Assembly (NCBI GenBank): GCA_963803805.1
Contig: CAWDOD010000002.1
Location: forward strand, 288,001 to 352,000
Origin: an uncultured cyanobacterium
GTDB lineage: Bacteria; Cyanobacteriota; Cyanobacteriia; Cyanobacteriales; CAWCAG01
DNA: 64,000 bases
Reading direction: 5' to 3'
Part shown: piece by piece, positions 36,987 through 46,006 of the stretch
How the letters are laid out: each line of letters starts with the position of its first letter
Numbering within the stretch: the first letter of the stretch is position 1
Program-made: the position numbers and the translations under genes
The notes under the pieces: model-generated
The model's input: only the letters and a program-made list of their open reading frames with translations
Databases searched by the model: none
Told to the model about the DNA's origin: nothing

Positions 36987-38579
36987 CTATTTTTTGGCAA
37001 TAAGCCAGTAGGTAACCATTTCTCCTTTCCCTTTGATTGCAACTGTACCTCGCGACTCAAACTTATATTTGTGCTTTAAGCACTCATAAGTTGCTGCTGT
37101 GACTTGGATGCGCCCTGAAATTCCTTGAGATTCCATACGAGAAGCTACATTAACCGTATCTCCCCAAAGGTCATAAATAAACTTTTTTGTACCAATTACC
37201 CCCGCTACCACTGGCCCTGTATTAATACCAACACGGACTTGGAACTTTTCTCTTTGTTTGAAGCTAAAACAATCAACAAATTTTTGGATATCCAAAGCTA
37301 GATCAGCAATAGCTTCAACATGGTTTTCTTTAGGTATGGGTAACCCGCCTGCCACCATGTAGGCATCTCCAATAGTTTTAATTTTTTCTAAGCCGTATTT
37401 TTCTGTAAGTTTATCGAAAGTGGAAAAAATTTGATTAAGTAGTTTAACTAATTCTAAAGCAGAAACTTGAGAACTCAAGGGAGTAAAATCAACCAAATCA
37501 GCAAAGAGAACTGTAGCAGATTCAAATCTATCTGCTATGTTGTCTTGATTTTGTTTCAGGCGCTCAGCAATGCTACGAGGTAATATGTTGAGCAGAAGAT
37601 TTTCAGAACGCTGTTGAGCTAGGACTAAAGCTTCTTCGGCGTGGAGGCGTTCTAATTCTGCTCCGGCGCGGGAAGCAAAAATTTGCAAAATCGAATTTTG
37701 GCCACAATCAGTAATCATCGGGGAGTCATTCATAACTGCTAAATGACCTAAAATATCTCCAGAGATATTAGTTAAAGGAATGCCGTAGAAGCTTTGGATA
37801 TTCAAATCAACTAAAAGGGAATCTTCAGGAAATAGAGCTTGTAAATTTTCTGGATAGAAACAGGTTTCTCCTTGCAATACTTTGTGACAAGGAGTTCCGG
37901 ATAGATCGTATTCAAAATTTTCTCCATATTCTCCCCCTTGCCAAAAAGCTAAGGTTTTCACCCTTGTTCTACTGGAGTTAGCAGTTTCAGTCACGAAAGC
38001 ATAGCGGACATTGAGGGCTTGAGCTAAAAAACGCACGCAAGGGCCAAAGAATTCTGAACCAGTTTTGGAAGCTGTTCCCGCAGAAATAAGTTGTAAAGCT
38101 TTGCTTTTTTCTTGGCTAAGGTGAATTTCTGTTTGGAGTAAAGAATTTTTTTCTTTAAGTTGCTGTTGTAGCTTTTGAACATTCAGTTGGTTTTGAACCC
38201 GAACTAAAACCTCCGACTCTTGAAAAGGTTTAGTAACATAATCTACGCCACCAACCTCAAAAGCTTTAACCTTATCTGCCCCATCGTCTAGGGCGCTAAC
38301 AAAAATAACCGGTATTTGAGCAGTTTTCTGATTAGCTTGTAGTTTTTGGCAAACTTCATAGCCACTCATTTCTGGCATTTTGATATCCAACAAAATGAGG
38401 TCAGGAGGTTGTTTTTGGGCAGAAAGTAAAGCCATTTGGCCATTTAGAGCTTTACGAACTTCATAACCCTGTTCTGCAAGCAAGGTAGATAACAGACGTA
38501 GATTATTCGGTATATCATCAACGATCAGAATATCTACACTAGCTACACTCAATTTACTATTCATCTGCTGCTTGCTCAA
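36987..38579 (-). CDS. REC-GAF-class III adenylate cyclase
   Basis: FADLVDFT, EKIKTIGDAYM, KFIYDLWGDTVNVASRMES. Confidence 0.93.
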   Translation of the reverse strand: MSKQQMNSKLSVASVDILIVDDIPNNLRLLSTLLAEQGYEVRKALNGQMALLSAQKQPPDLILLDIKMPEMSGYEVCQKLQANQKTAQIPVIFVSALDDGADKVKAFEVGGVDYVTKPFQESEVLVRVQNQLNVQKLQQQLKEKNSLLQTEIHLSQEKSKALQLISAGTASKTGSEFFGPCVRFLAQALNVRYAFVTETANSSRTRVKTLAFWQGGEYGENFEYDLSGTPCHKVLQGETCFYPENLQALFPEDSLLVDLNIQSFYGIPLTNISGDILGHLAVMNDSPMITDCGQNSILQIFASRAGAELERLHAEEALVLAQQRSENLLLNILPRSIAERLKQNQDNIADRFESATVLFADLVDFTPLSSQVSALELVKLLNQIFSTFDKLTEKYGLEKIKTIGDAYMVAGGLPIPKENHVEAIADLALDIQKFVDCFSFKQREKFQVRVGINTGPVVAGVIGTKKFIYDLWGDTVNVASRMESQGISGRIQVTAATYECLKHKYKFESRGTVAIKGKGEMVTYWLIAKK

Positions 38580-38702
38580 TTTAAGGGGAAGTTATGAACC
38601 CAATTTCTTGTTGATATACGCACCTAATCTCAGAATTAGCCTAACTAAATTATATTCTTACAGTTATTAGGGAAAAACAGTTTTATTTTGGCTTTTACTA
38701 AA

Positions 38703-39326
38703 TTATTCAGAACTCTGTTGTTGTTGATGCAACTTCTCTACTAAAGCCTGGATTATTATTTCTGGATCATCCGTCTCAACAGCCAATTGTTGAGCTACTG
38801 TTTGTCGCAAATCAGAATCTGCGGCTAATTTTGCGGCCAATTCATCTACTGTAAAAGTTTCAGCTTTTGTTTGTGGTTCTTTTTGCCCCGGTAAAGCATC
38901 AGGACCATCATACTCCCAGACTACACCGCTAGTTTCTCGTAGTAGCAATTGTTGCCCAATTTCTGATGCTATTGCACCAATTTCTTGGACAGAGGAAGAT
39001 TGTGCTTTTTCCCCTAGTAGAATCATTCGTCTACCTAATTCTTGGTTTTTAATCCCAGATGACAAAACTCTGGCCCCAAAGCTTTTTAACCAAGCGACCC
39101 ATTTTTCAGTACTGCTACGCCCCTGCAATTGAGCAAAAAACTCTTCGATACGTTTTTGTTGCCAACCATGAACTACCCCTTCTAAAAGTTGATTGAGCAT
39201 AAATTCATAGTCAGTATCTGTAAAAGGTTGAATATCTGACGACTGTTTTGTTATAGCATCAGCTTTTTCAACAGCAAACAAACTTTGCCACAATTGTTTG
39301 AGCCACCGCCAAATTTTACGAATCAT
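38703..39326 (-). CDS. Hypothetical protein
   Basis: 207-aa ORF; DYEFMLNQLLEGVVHGW, WEYDGPD. Confidence 0.7.
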   Translation of the reverse strand: MIRKIWRWLKQLWQSLFAVEKADAITKQSSDIQPFTDTDYEFMLNQLLEGVVHGWQQKRIEEFFAQLQGRSSTEKWVAWLKSFGARVLSSGIKNQELGRRMILLGEKAQSSSVQEIGAIASEIGQQLLLRETSGVVWEYDGPDALPGQKEPQTKAETFTVDELAAKLAADSDLRQTVAQQLAVETDDPEIIIQALVEKLHQQQQSSE

Positions 39327-39450
39327 CTCTTTTCTTACCTTGCTGCCTTGACTGTAGTGTAGTTCAAATTGACTAGCTCAATTAAGTACAAATAACCAAA
39401 TAACGGGGCAAAACTGACAAATTTGCAATTCTTATCTTTAGAGCTAAATT

Positions 39451-39522
39451 TCCCCCACAGATTCCCCAGTCTTTCCACAGGGTTTTTCAAGGTTTTCCAC
39501 AATTTACCCAGACTTTTCCACA
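39451..39522 (+). promoter_or_regulatory. Cluster of co-oriented DnaA-box-like motifs (oriC-like)
   Basis: TTTTCCACA at 39493 and 39514, CTTTCCACA at 39471, TCCCCCACA at 39451; ~21-bp spacing. Confidence 0.6.
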
Positions 39523-39872
39523 GGTATTAACGAGGGATCTAGTCTTTAAGCTTAAAGCCGGGGATTTTGTTTCTTTTACTTAGTAACAGGAGACTACCCA
39601 GTTTTCATGAAGAAAAGTAACAAAAAGACGAGCTAAACCCGCATTATTCCGTTGTCTGTTATTACTTAGATGGCGGTTTGTAACATTTCGCCACATTGAC
39701 AAACTCACAATATTCCGACGAAATAGGGTGTAAGTGAAGTTATGAATTAGAAAAATAAATTTCAAGGTCAACCCCAACTATTCTCTAAATTTTCACAGAA
39801 ACGACTAAATTTTCCCTTCTACCCTCAGTCTCTAAACTTTCCTTTCCCCTACTTTCATTTTGTGAGGTACTT

Positions 39873-40091
39873 ATGAACACAACTGTTAGCATCTTGGCCG
39901 AAATTCCTGAAGAATTACACGTCTCTTTGAGAAATTATTTAGAAACTCACCCTACCTGGGACCAAGATCGAGTTTTCGCGGCAGCCCTTTCTTTGTTTCT
40001 GCTCCAAAATAGCCCTAGCAAAACAACTCCCACTTCTCAAAACTATAGAGCTTGTGCCAGAGTTTATCTAGAAACTTTATTCCAGCAGTAA
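39873..40091 (+). CDS. DUF2811 protein
   Basis: EIPEELH..L..YLETHPTWDQDRVFAAALSLFLLQ. Confidence 0.85.
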   Translation: MNTTVSILAEIPEELHVSLRNYLETHPTWDQDRVFAAALSLFLLQNSPSKTTPTSQNYRACARVYLETLFQQ

Positions 40092-40163
40092 GGGCAAGGG
40101 GGCAACCTGCCCCTAAATACTATTTTTTGCCAAAATGATTAATGTTTAATGTTTTGATGTTTG

Positions 40164-40781
40164 ATGGCTACCGAATCTTTACAGTCTAAATTAATCATTC
40201 CTGAATTAATCGTTGGTTTGGGCAACCCAGAGCCAAAATACGACCAGACACGCCACAATATTGGTTTTGAGGTTGTTGATACCTTAAGTGAGTTTTGGAG
40301 CATTTCTTGGAAGGAGCAGCGCCGTTTCCAGGGCTTATTAGGGGAAGGATTGGCTCCCAACGGACAGAAGATTCGCTTGCTTAAACCCCTTACCTATATG
40401 AATCGTTCTGGGCAATCTGTTAGGGCTGTAATTGATTGGTTTAAAATTGCCCCGGAGAAAGTTCTGGTTGTCTATGATGATATGGATTTACCGATTGGGC
40501 GTTTACGTCTGCGATTAACCGGCTCTGCGGGGGGACACAATGGTATGAAATCTTTAATTACTCATCTTGGTACACAAAATTTCCCTCGCTTGCGGGTTGG
40601 TATCAGTAAAGCATCCCCTCAAAAAGGTACGGTTTCCCATGTTTTAGGAAAGTTTTCTCCTGAAGAGAAAAAGCTAGTTTCTGAAGTACTGAAGATGGTG
40701 GTTGAGGCGACAGAATTGAGCCTTACTGAGGGGGTAGAAAAAGCGATGAGTCTCTATAATGGACGTACAGTTTTAACTTGA
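40164..40781 (+). CDS. pth: Peptidyl-tRNA hydrolase
   Basis: LIVGLGNP, TRHNIGF, KPLTYMN.SG, GGHNG. Confidence 0.96.
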   Translation: MATESLQSKLIIPELIVGLGNPEPKYDQTRHNIGFEVVDTLSEFWSISWKEQRRFQGLLGEGLAPNGQKIRLLKPLTYMNRSGQSVRAVIDWFKIAPEKVLVVYDDMDLPIGRLRLRLTGSAGGHNGMKSLITHLGTQNFPRLRVGISKASPQKGTVSHVLGKFSPEEKKLVSEVLKMVVEATELSLTEGVEKAMSLYNGRTVLT

Positions 40782-40829
40782 GTTTTGGGCTTGATAGTAT
40801 TGTCTCAATACTTTTTAACTGAAGAAAAA

Positions 40830-41588
40830 ATGGATTTTAAAGACCATTTCTCAAAACATTCTGCTTCCTATTGCCAGTATCGCCCCAACTACCCTCCAGC
40901 TTTATTTGAATATTTAGCGTCTCTGGTTGCCAAACGAGGAAAAGCCTGGGACTGCGGCACAGGAAATGGTCAAGCTGCAGTTAGCTTAGCTCAATATTTC
41001 AACCAAGTAGTTGCCAGTGATCCAAGTGAGGAACAAATTAGTAATGCCGTTAAAAAAGAGAATATCTCCTATACAATTCAACGAGCAGAACAAACTTCTT
41101 TGGCCTCAAATTCTATAGATATTGTTACTGTAGCCCAAGCACTTCATTGGTTTAATATCCCTGATTTTTATGGTGAGGTACAGCGAGTTCTCAAAGCTCA
41201 AGGTATTCTTGCAGTTTGGGGTTATGGGTTGATGGAAATTTCTCCAGCAATAGACCAAATAGTTACCGAATATTGCTATGAAATAGTAGGGGATTTTTGG
41301 CCACCAGAGAGAAGTTTATTAGAGGAAAAATATAGCTCTATTCCTTTTCCTTTTTTAGAACTATTTCCCCCTGACTTCTTCATGGAACAAACTTGGTCAG
41401 TGAACCATTTAATAGGTTACTTAAATACTTGGTCTTCCACCAGAAACTTCATTGCTCAAAATCAGATTAATCCCCTTGAAGCAATTGAAGAGGATTTAAA
41501 GTCTGTTTGGGGTAATCCAGAAACAACTAAGTTGGTTAGATGGGCTTTACATTTAAAGGTTGGGAGATGGATGGGGAAGTTAGGTTAA
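40830..41588 (+). CDS. Class I SAM-dependent methyltransferase
   Basis: FKDHFS, RPNYP, WDCGTGNGQ, AQALHWF. Confidence 0.9.
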   Translation: MDFKDHFSKHSASYCQYRPNYPPALFEYLASLVAKRGKAWDCGTGNGQAAVSLAQYFNQVVASDPSEEQISNAVKKENISYTIQRAEQTSLASNSIDIVTVAQALHWFNIPDFYGEVQRVLKAQGILAVWGYGLMEISPAIDQIVTEYCYEIVGDFWPPERSLLEEKYSSIPFPFLELFPPDFFMEQTWSVNHLIGYLNTWSSTRNFIAQNQINPLEAIEEDLKSVWGNPETTKLVRWALHLKVGRWMGKLG

Positions 41589-41636
41589 AATGCTGTTCCC
41601 CTTTCCTTTTACAACTAGCAACTAGCCATTAGCAAA

Positions 41637-42515
41637 CTAGTTACTAAACAAGCGGTCGAAATCATCTACAAAAGAACCACCCCGTTGAGAATTAATACGT
41701 AAAGATTGGTCTTCTTCTGACCACTTAAAAGTCAAGGCAGGAGAACTATCAAACTCGCGGCTACCAACCATTTTCAACCACTCAGGAGTTTCCTCTTGGG
41801 TGAGTTTTTGTATTGCTTCAACCCTGGCAGGAACAGCAGGATGAGAGTGGCTATCTCGCAAGCTTCCTGGCAAACGGGAAAGAACTCCTAAAGCCCGAAT
41901 ACAGCCTTCTGGTTCAAAACCAGCACGGACAGAATAGCGATAGCCGTAGGCATCAGCTTCATATTCTTGGTTCCTTTTTAGTTCAGCCATTCTTTCTTCT
42001 AATTTCTCAGAATCGTCATTACTCTCATCGGGGTAATCTGGGTCAATGGCTTCGGATTCAGAGGTAGATTCAGAAATTTCTTCTAAACCTTCGTCATATT
42101 CGGCATGATAAATAGGAATATGCTGGTGGTAGTGATGAGCCATTTCATGACCGACAACGCAAGCTAGAGCAGAAACGTCCCCTTCGAGTTGGTCTAATAA
42201 ACCATTGTAGATAACTAAAAGATTAGCTTCTTGGGCGAAAGCATTGATTTCGTACTCTTCAGGGATTACTACTCGCCAATGGCTATTATCTATTTCGTTA
42301 GCTCTAGCTATACGCTCAACGATACGGTAGAGGATATAAAACTGTTCAGGAAGTTCTTCTTCAGCGAGTTTGTACACTTGAGAGTTGTTTTCTGCTGTTT
42401 CTGCTAAAGCAGGCATTGTGGTTGCACCAGGAGCAAATACTAAGGTACAAACAGAAGCTATTACAGCAGCTTTTTTAGTCCAGTTAGCTAATAAACTCAA
42501 TTGACTCATCTCCAT
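41637..42515 (-). CDS. M48-family zinc metallopeptidase, secreted
   Basis: INAFA, GHEMAH, EYEAD, SHP. Confidence 0.88.
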   Translation of the reverse strand: MEMSQLSLLANWTKKAAVIASVCTLVFAPGATTMPALAETAENNSQVYKLAEEELPEQFYILYRIVERIARANEIDNSHWRVVIPEEYEINAFAQEANLLVIYNGLLDQLEGDVSALACVVGHEMAHHYHQHIPIYHAEYDEGLEEISESTSESEAIDPDYPDESNDDSEKLEERMAELKRNQEYEADAYGYRYSVRAGFEPEGCIRALGVLSRLPGSLRDSHSHPAVPARVEAIQKLTQEETPEWLKMVGSREFDSSPALTFKWSEEDQSLRINSQRGGSFVDDFDRLFSN

Positions 42516-42957
42516 ACCTTAGAAATAAAAGTTTCCGATAATTTTGGCGCGATCGCCATGGTTGATTAAACCCACGAGGCTATTACTGATCTTCACCTTT
42601 AAGCTAGTTGATTGCGGAAATATTTGGAAATTGATCAACTTGGCAGGGTGCGGTTAGAAGTTATCTGCGATCGCGTAATCTTACTACTCCATCCTACTAA
42701 TTAAAAAAAATCAAGAACTACATCAAACATTAGCCGGGAAACTAATCTTTAGACTAACAAGCTGTTTCCCCAATCTACTAGTTAAAATAAAAGTAAGGAA
42801 ATATTTGATTTCTGTGTGTAGTAAAAACCAAGCCACGATATATCGAGTCGTTTTTTATTCAACCAAGTCAAAATTTGCTCCTTTATTATTAAGGCTACAC
42901 TTTTATTTAGTGCCGACTCGAATTCATGGTTTAAACAGTTTTCTTTAGTGGATTTTT

Positions 42958-43668
42958 ATGACAAGTTTAGTTCAATCACCCTACACCCACAAGCAAATTG
43001 TAGCGTGGCTGCGTGGTCTGCTAACAATAGCTTGGGCAGATGGAAATCTCGATCCAGAGGAACAACAGCTAATTAGTCAATTAGCAGAAGAAGGGTTAAC
43101 TTCTTCCCAAAAAGGAGATTTAGATTCGTTAGAGAAAATTAGTCCAGAGGAATTAGCTACAAATTTAGGTAAAGAACCTGAAACAGCAGAAAACTTTTTA
43201 AGAACAGCAGTAATGGTAGCTGTAGCTGATGGAGTTTATTCTCCTCCGGAAGCAGAACTATTAAAAAGTTTTAGCAAGGCTTTGGATATAGAAATAGAAG
43301 CGCTCAAATCTCTAGAATCAACTTTATATCAACCTGAAGCAGAAGATTCAGCAACATCAGGTGCTAGTACTTCTCCTTTGCAAAAACCTTCTGATTCAGA
43401 GCATTCTAATATTAAGGTTCTTCAGCCAGTAAAAGATTGGCTTGATGGGATGAAAGTTAATGACCCCAAGGTAGCTAAGTTTCTTTGTAAAATGATTCCT
43501 CCTCAATGTCCTTTGGAGCGAGATATTAATCTTTTTGGTCGTAAAGTTGCTCACATTCCAGCTATGTGTAAGCTTAATCCTCTTTACGAACAGTTAGTCG
43601 GACTACGTTTTCGTTCTTTGTCCTATTTAGCTGACGACTGCGGCGAAGATGTTAGTCCTTATTGCTGA
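42958..43668 (+). CDS. TerB-like plus Mo-dependent nitrogenase C-terminal-like domain protein
   Basis: IAWADG, VAVADG; IPPQCP.ERDI, IPAMCKLNPLYEQLVGLRFR. Confidence 0.85.
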   Translation: MTSLVQSPYTHKQIVAWLRGLLTIAWADGNLDPEEQQLISQLAEEGLTSSQKGDLDSLEKISPEELATNLGKEPETAENFLRTAVMVAVADGVYSPPEAELLKSFSKALDIEIEALKSLESTLYQPEAEDSATSGASTSPLQKPSDSEHSNIKVLQPVKDWLDGMKVNDPKVAKFLCKMIPPQCPLERDINLFGRKVAHIPAMCKLNPLYEQLVGLRFRSLSYLADDCGEDVSPYC

Positions 43669-43701
43669 AGAATAAAGTTGCTTTTAAATAAAGTTGCTTT
43701 T

Positions 43702-43736
43702 AAATAGAGATGTCATTAACAACATCTCTATTTTTT
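43702..43736 (+). terminator. Probable terminator / REP-like hairpin
   Basis: aaatagagatgt...acatctctattt followed by Ts. Confidence 0.6.
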
Positions 43737-43866
43737 GTGTTGAAGAAAATTGCTTGATGCTAAAAGAGATTTGAAAGTTTGCCAAAAGTGCATAAGTACA
43801 TTCTCTTAGAAAGTATGTATATACTATGATATGGAAAGTAAATCTAAGATATAGGGTCAAAAAAAC

Positions 43867-44046
43867 ATGGAATTTACCGCCTTAGACTTCTGGTTAATTA
43901 CTTTATTTAATACTGTTGTTTGTCTTGCATTCCCTAGACTAATTAGTTTGAATTGGCAGAATGTTTTTAGTAAGGCGGTGGAGAAGATTAGAAAGCCATA
44001 TGAACCTAAAGTAAAAGCGATGCAAGAAAGCTATACTCAAACTTAA
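43867..44046 (+). CDS. 59-aa small single-TM protein (below the ORF-track cutoff)
   Basis: MEFTALDFWLITLFNTVVCLAFPRLISLNW...SYTQT*. Confidence 0.6.
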   Translation: MEFTALDFWLITLFNTVVCLAFPRLISLNWQNVFSKAVEKIRKPYEPKVKAMQESYTQT

Positions 44047-44057
44047 TAGGTAAAAAG

Positions 44058-45152
44058 TTATTTTTTCAAAAACACCAAACCACTATATAACTGAAAAGCC
44101 GCATCCCAAGGAGTTTCTTCACGCCGAAATAATTCAATATTTGACTTAACTCGCTTCAACATTTCTGGAAATTCTAAGGCTGTTTCAGCAAAATAGGTAA
44201 AATCAGACCAGACAAGGGTGTGGGGAAGTTTTTGATTGATTAGATTCATTAAATTATTCCAACTCTTGCGTATAGTTCCTTGAGCAAGGGCTGGGCTGGT
44301 TTTACCATTAGAAGCAAAAGAAGCAAAAGAAGATCCTTGTTGAAATTCATAATGGCGATCGCTTAATCTGAAGATGGCTTGCTTTTGGGGTAAATGAAGG
44401 TCACAAAACTGAACATAATCTAAGGTTTGAGTTTTTCTTTGTAAGTTTCTTCTGGCATCGGTATCAACAACCGAATCAAATAAAGGAACCAAACCTTCTA
44501 CTCTTTTGCTTACTTCAGACCAATGGAAAGATCTGGTTTTGAGATTTCCTTGGTTATCTTTATAACAAAAGTTGGCTTCTTTTTCTAAGGATTGAAAGTA
44601 GCGAACTTGGTAAACATTGATTGTTTCAAGTGCTATTAAAGAGGTACAGAAACATTTAATGTCTGCCTTTTGTAAGCAGGAAGTATAATACTTTAATTCT
44701 CCTAAACTTCCGGTACGATAAAGCCGCCAACCTTGACTAGGTATTTGCAACCTGGCAGTATAAGCGTCCATCGCCATAATTTTCGCGAAGCTTTTAGCTG
44801 CTTCTACCTTCAAGGCAGGAATAATTGGTTCTAAAACTAGAACCCCTGGTTCTGAACCTTCTGGGGCAGCCATAGCATCAGCAATAGCTTGGTGGCGGCT
44901 TTCTTGTTCAATTTTTTGTAAGCGTCCTAAACCTTTACGGGCTTGGGTAATTATTTTCGGGTTAGTTGTTGCTTTGAGTAATTGACGATAGGTTTTCTCT
45001 GCATTAGACCAATGCTTAGTTCCTTCGTATACTAATCCTACATAAAGTTGTACCCAAGGGTTATCTGGTTGTTGTTTCCTCAAAGGAGAAAGCAATTGTG
45101 CCGCTTGGCGATAATCTTTACTTTTAATTGCTGAAGCAATTTGCTCAAACAT
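44058..45152 (-). CDS. TPR-containing cyanobacterial protein
   Basis: N-terminal TPR-like helices; WDAAFQLYSGL C-terminus. Confidence 0.75.
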   Translation of the reverse strand: MFEQIASAIKSKDYRQAAQLLSPLRKQQPDNPWVQLYVGLVYEGTKHWSNAEKTYRQLLKATTNPKIITQARKGLGRLQKIEQESRHQAIADAMAAPEGSEPGVLVLEPIIPALKVEAAKSFAKIMAMDAYTARLQIPSQGWRLYRTGSLGELKYYTSCLQKADIKCFCTSLIALETINVYQVRYFQSLEKEANFCYKDNQGNLKTRSFHWSEVSKRVEGLVPLFDSVVDTDARRNLQRKTQTLDYVQFCDLHLPQKQAIFRLSDRHYEFQQGSSFASFASNGKTSPALAQGTIRKSWNNLMNLINQKLPHTLVWSDFTYFAETALEFPEMLKRVKSNIELFRREETPWDAAFQLYSGLVFLKK

Positions 45153-45222
45153 GATTCAGTTATCAGTTATTAGTTAAATTCTAGCCTGTAATCAAATAAA
45201 AATAGTCTTAACTTATTAGTTA

Positions 45223-45975
45223 TTACTTATTACTTAAATTCCCTCCTTCATCCATCGCAGCAATTAAAGATAGTGCCACAATAGGGGCAGTGATAGCCCG
45301 GAGAACTCGCTTTCCTAGAGAGACAGTGATAAACCCAATATCAGTAGCTTTCTCAACTTCAGCCACAGTCCAACCCCCTTCTGGTCCTGTGGCTAAAATG
45401 ATAGCTTGCTTTTGCTTTCGTTCTTGAGTTTTAAGCAAATACTGCCCCAAATGAGGAACATTTTTACGGGCAACACAAATATATTTTTGGCTGTTGAAAT
45501 TATTATCTTTAACCCAAGAAAGGGTTGAATCAAAATTCATTGGTTCGGTAATTGTTGGTACAAGCTGACGTTCTGATTGTTCTGCTGCTTCTTGAGCAAT
45601 TTTACGCCAACGGTTTAGCTTATTTGTACTAGGTTGCAATAAAGTGCGATCGCTTATTATAGGAATCAAATTGGCAACTCCTAATTCTGTACAGCAACGG
45701 ATAATTTGCTCAAAACCTTTATTTTTAGGTAAGGCAACTAGTAAAGTGACGTTGAAGTTTAATTCTGTTTGAATAGCTAAAGATTCCAGAATTTCTGCTG
45801 TGTTTTCCTGTAGTTTAACTAGCCAGGATTTTCCTCGCCCGTCCATAACAATAAACTTTTCTCCTGGTTTTAAGCGTAGTACTCTTTTGAGATAATGTTG
45901 TTGTTCTGAGGTGAGAGTAATCTGGTTTTGTTGTTTTTGATTAGTATGAATGACTAATCTTTGTAATTGAGACAA
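45223..45975 (-). CDS. rsmE: 16S rRNA m3U1498 methyltransferase
   Basis: HYLKRVLRL, TELGV, EAAEQSER, GPEGG, LGKRVLRA.TA. Confidence 0.95.
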   Translation of the reverse strand: MSQLQRLVIHTNQKQQNQITLTSEQQHYLKRVLRLKPGEKFIVMDGRGKSWLVKLQENTAEILESLAIQTELNFNVTLLVALPKNKGFEQIIRCCTELGVANLIPIISDRTLLQPSTNKLNRWRKIAQEAAEQSERQLVPTITEPMNFDSTLSWVKDNNFNSQKYICVARKNVPHLGQYLLKTQERKQKQAIILATGPEGGWTVAEVEKATDIGFITVSLGKRVLRAITAPIVALSLIAAMDEGGNLSNK

Positions 45976-46006
45976 TGTTTTTTAAGTAGTAAGTTAGGAA
46001 TATTCT

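Noticed and set aside
39451-39522. CRISPR array
   Set aside because: Repeats are 9 bp with ~12-bp gaps, too short; no cas genes. No CRISPR array was seen anywhere in the window.
39580-39777. 65-aa minus-strand ORF
   Set aside because: No SD or recognisable motif; more likely promoter DNA of divergent genes.
42958-43668. Nitrogen fixation gene
   Set aside because: The domain name is only a family label; no nif genes are present.
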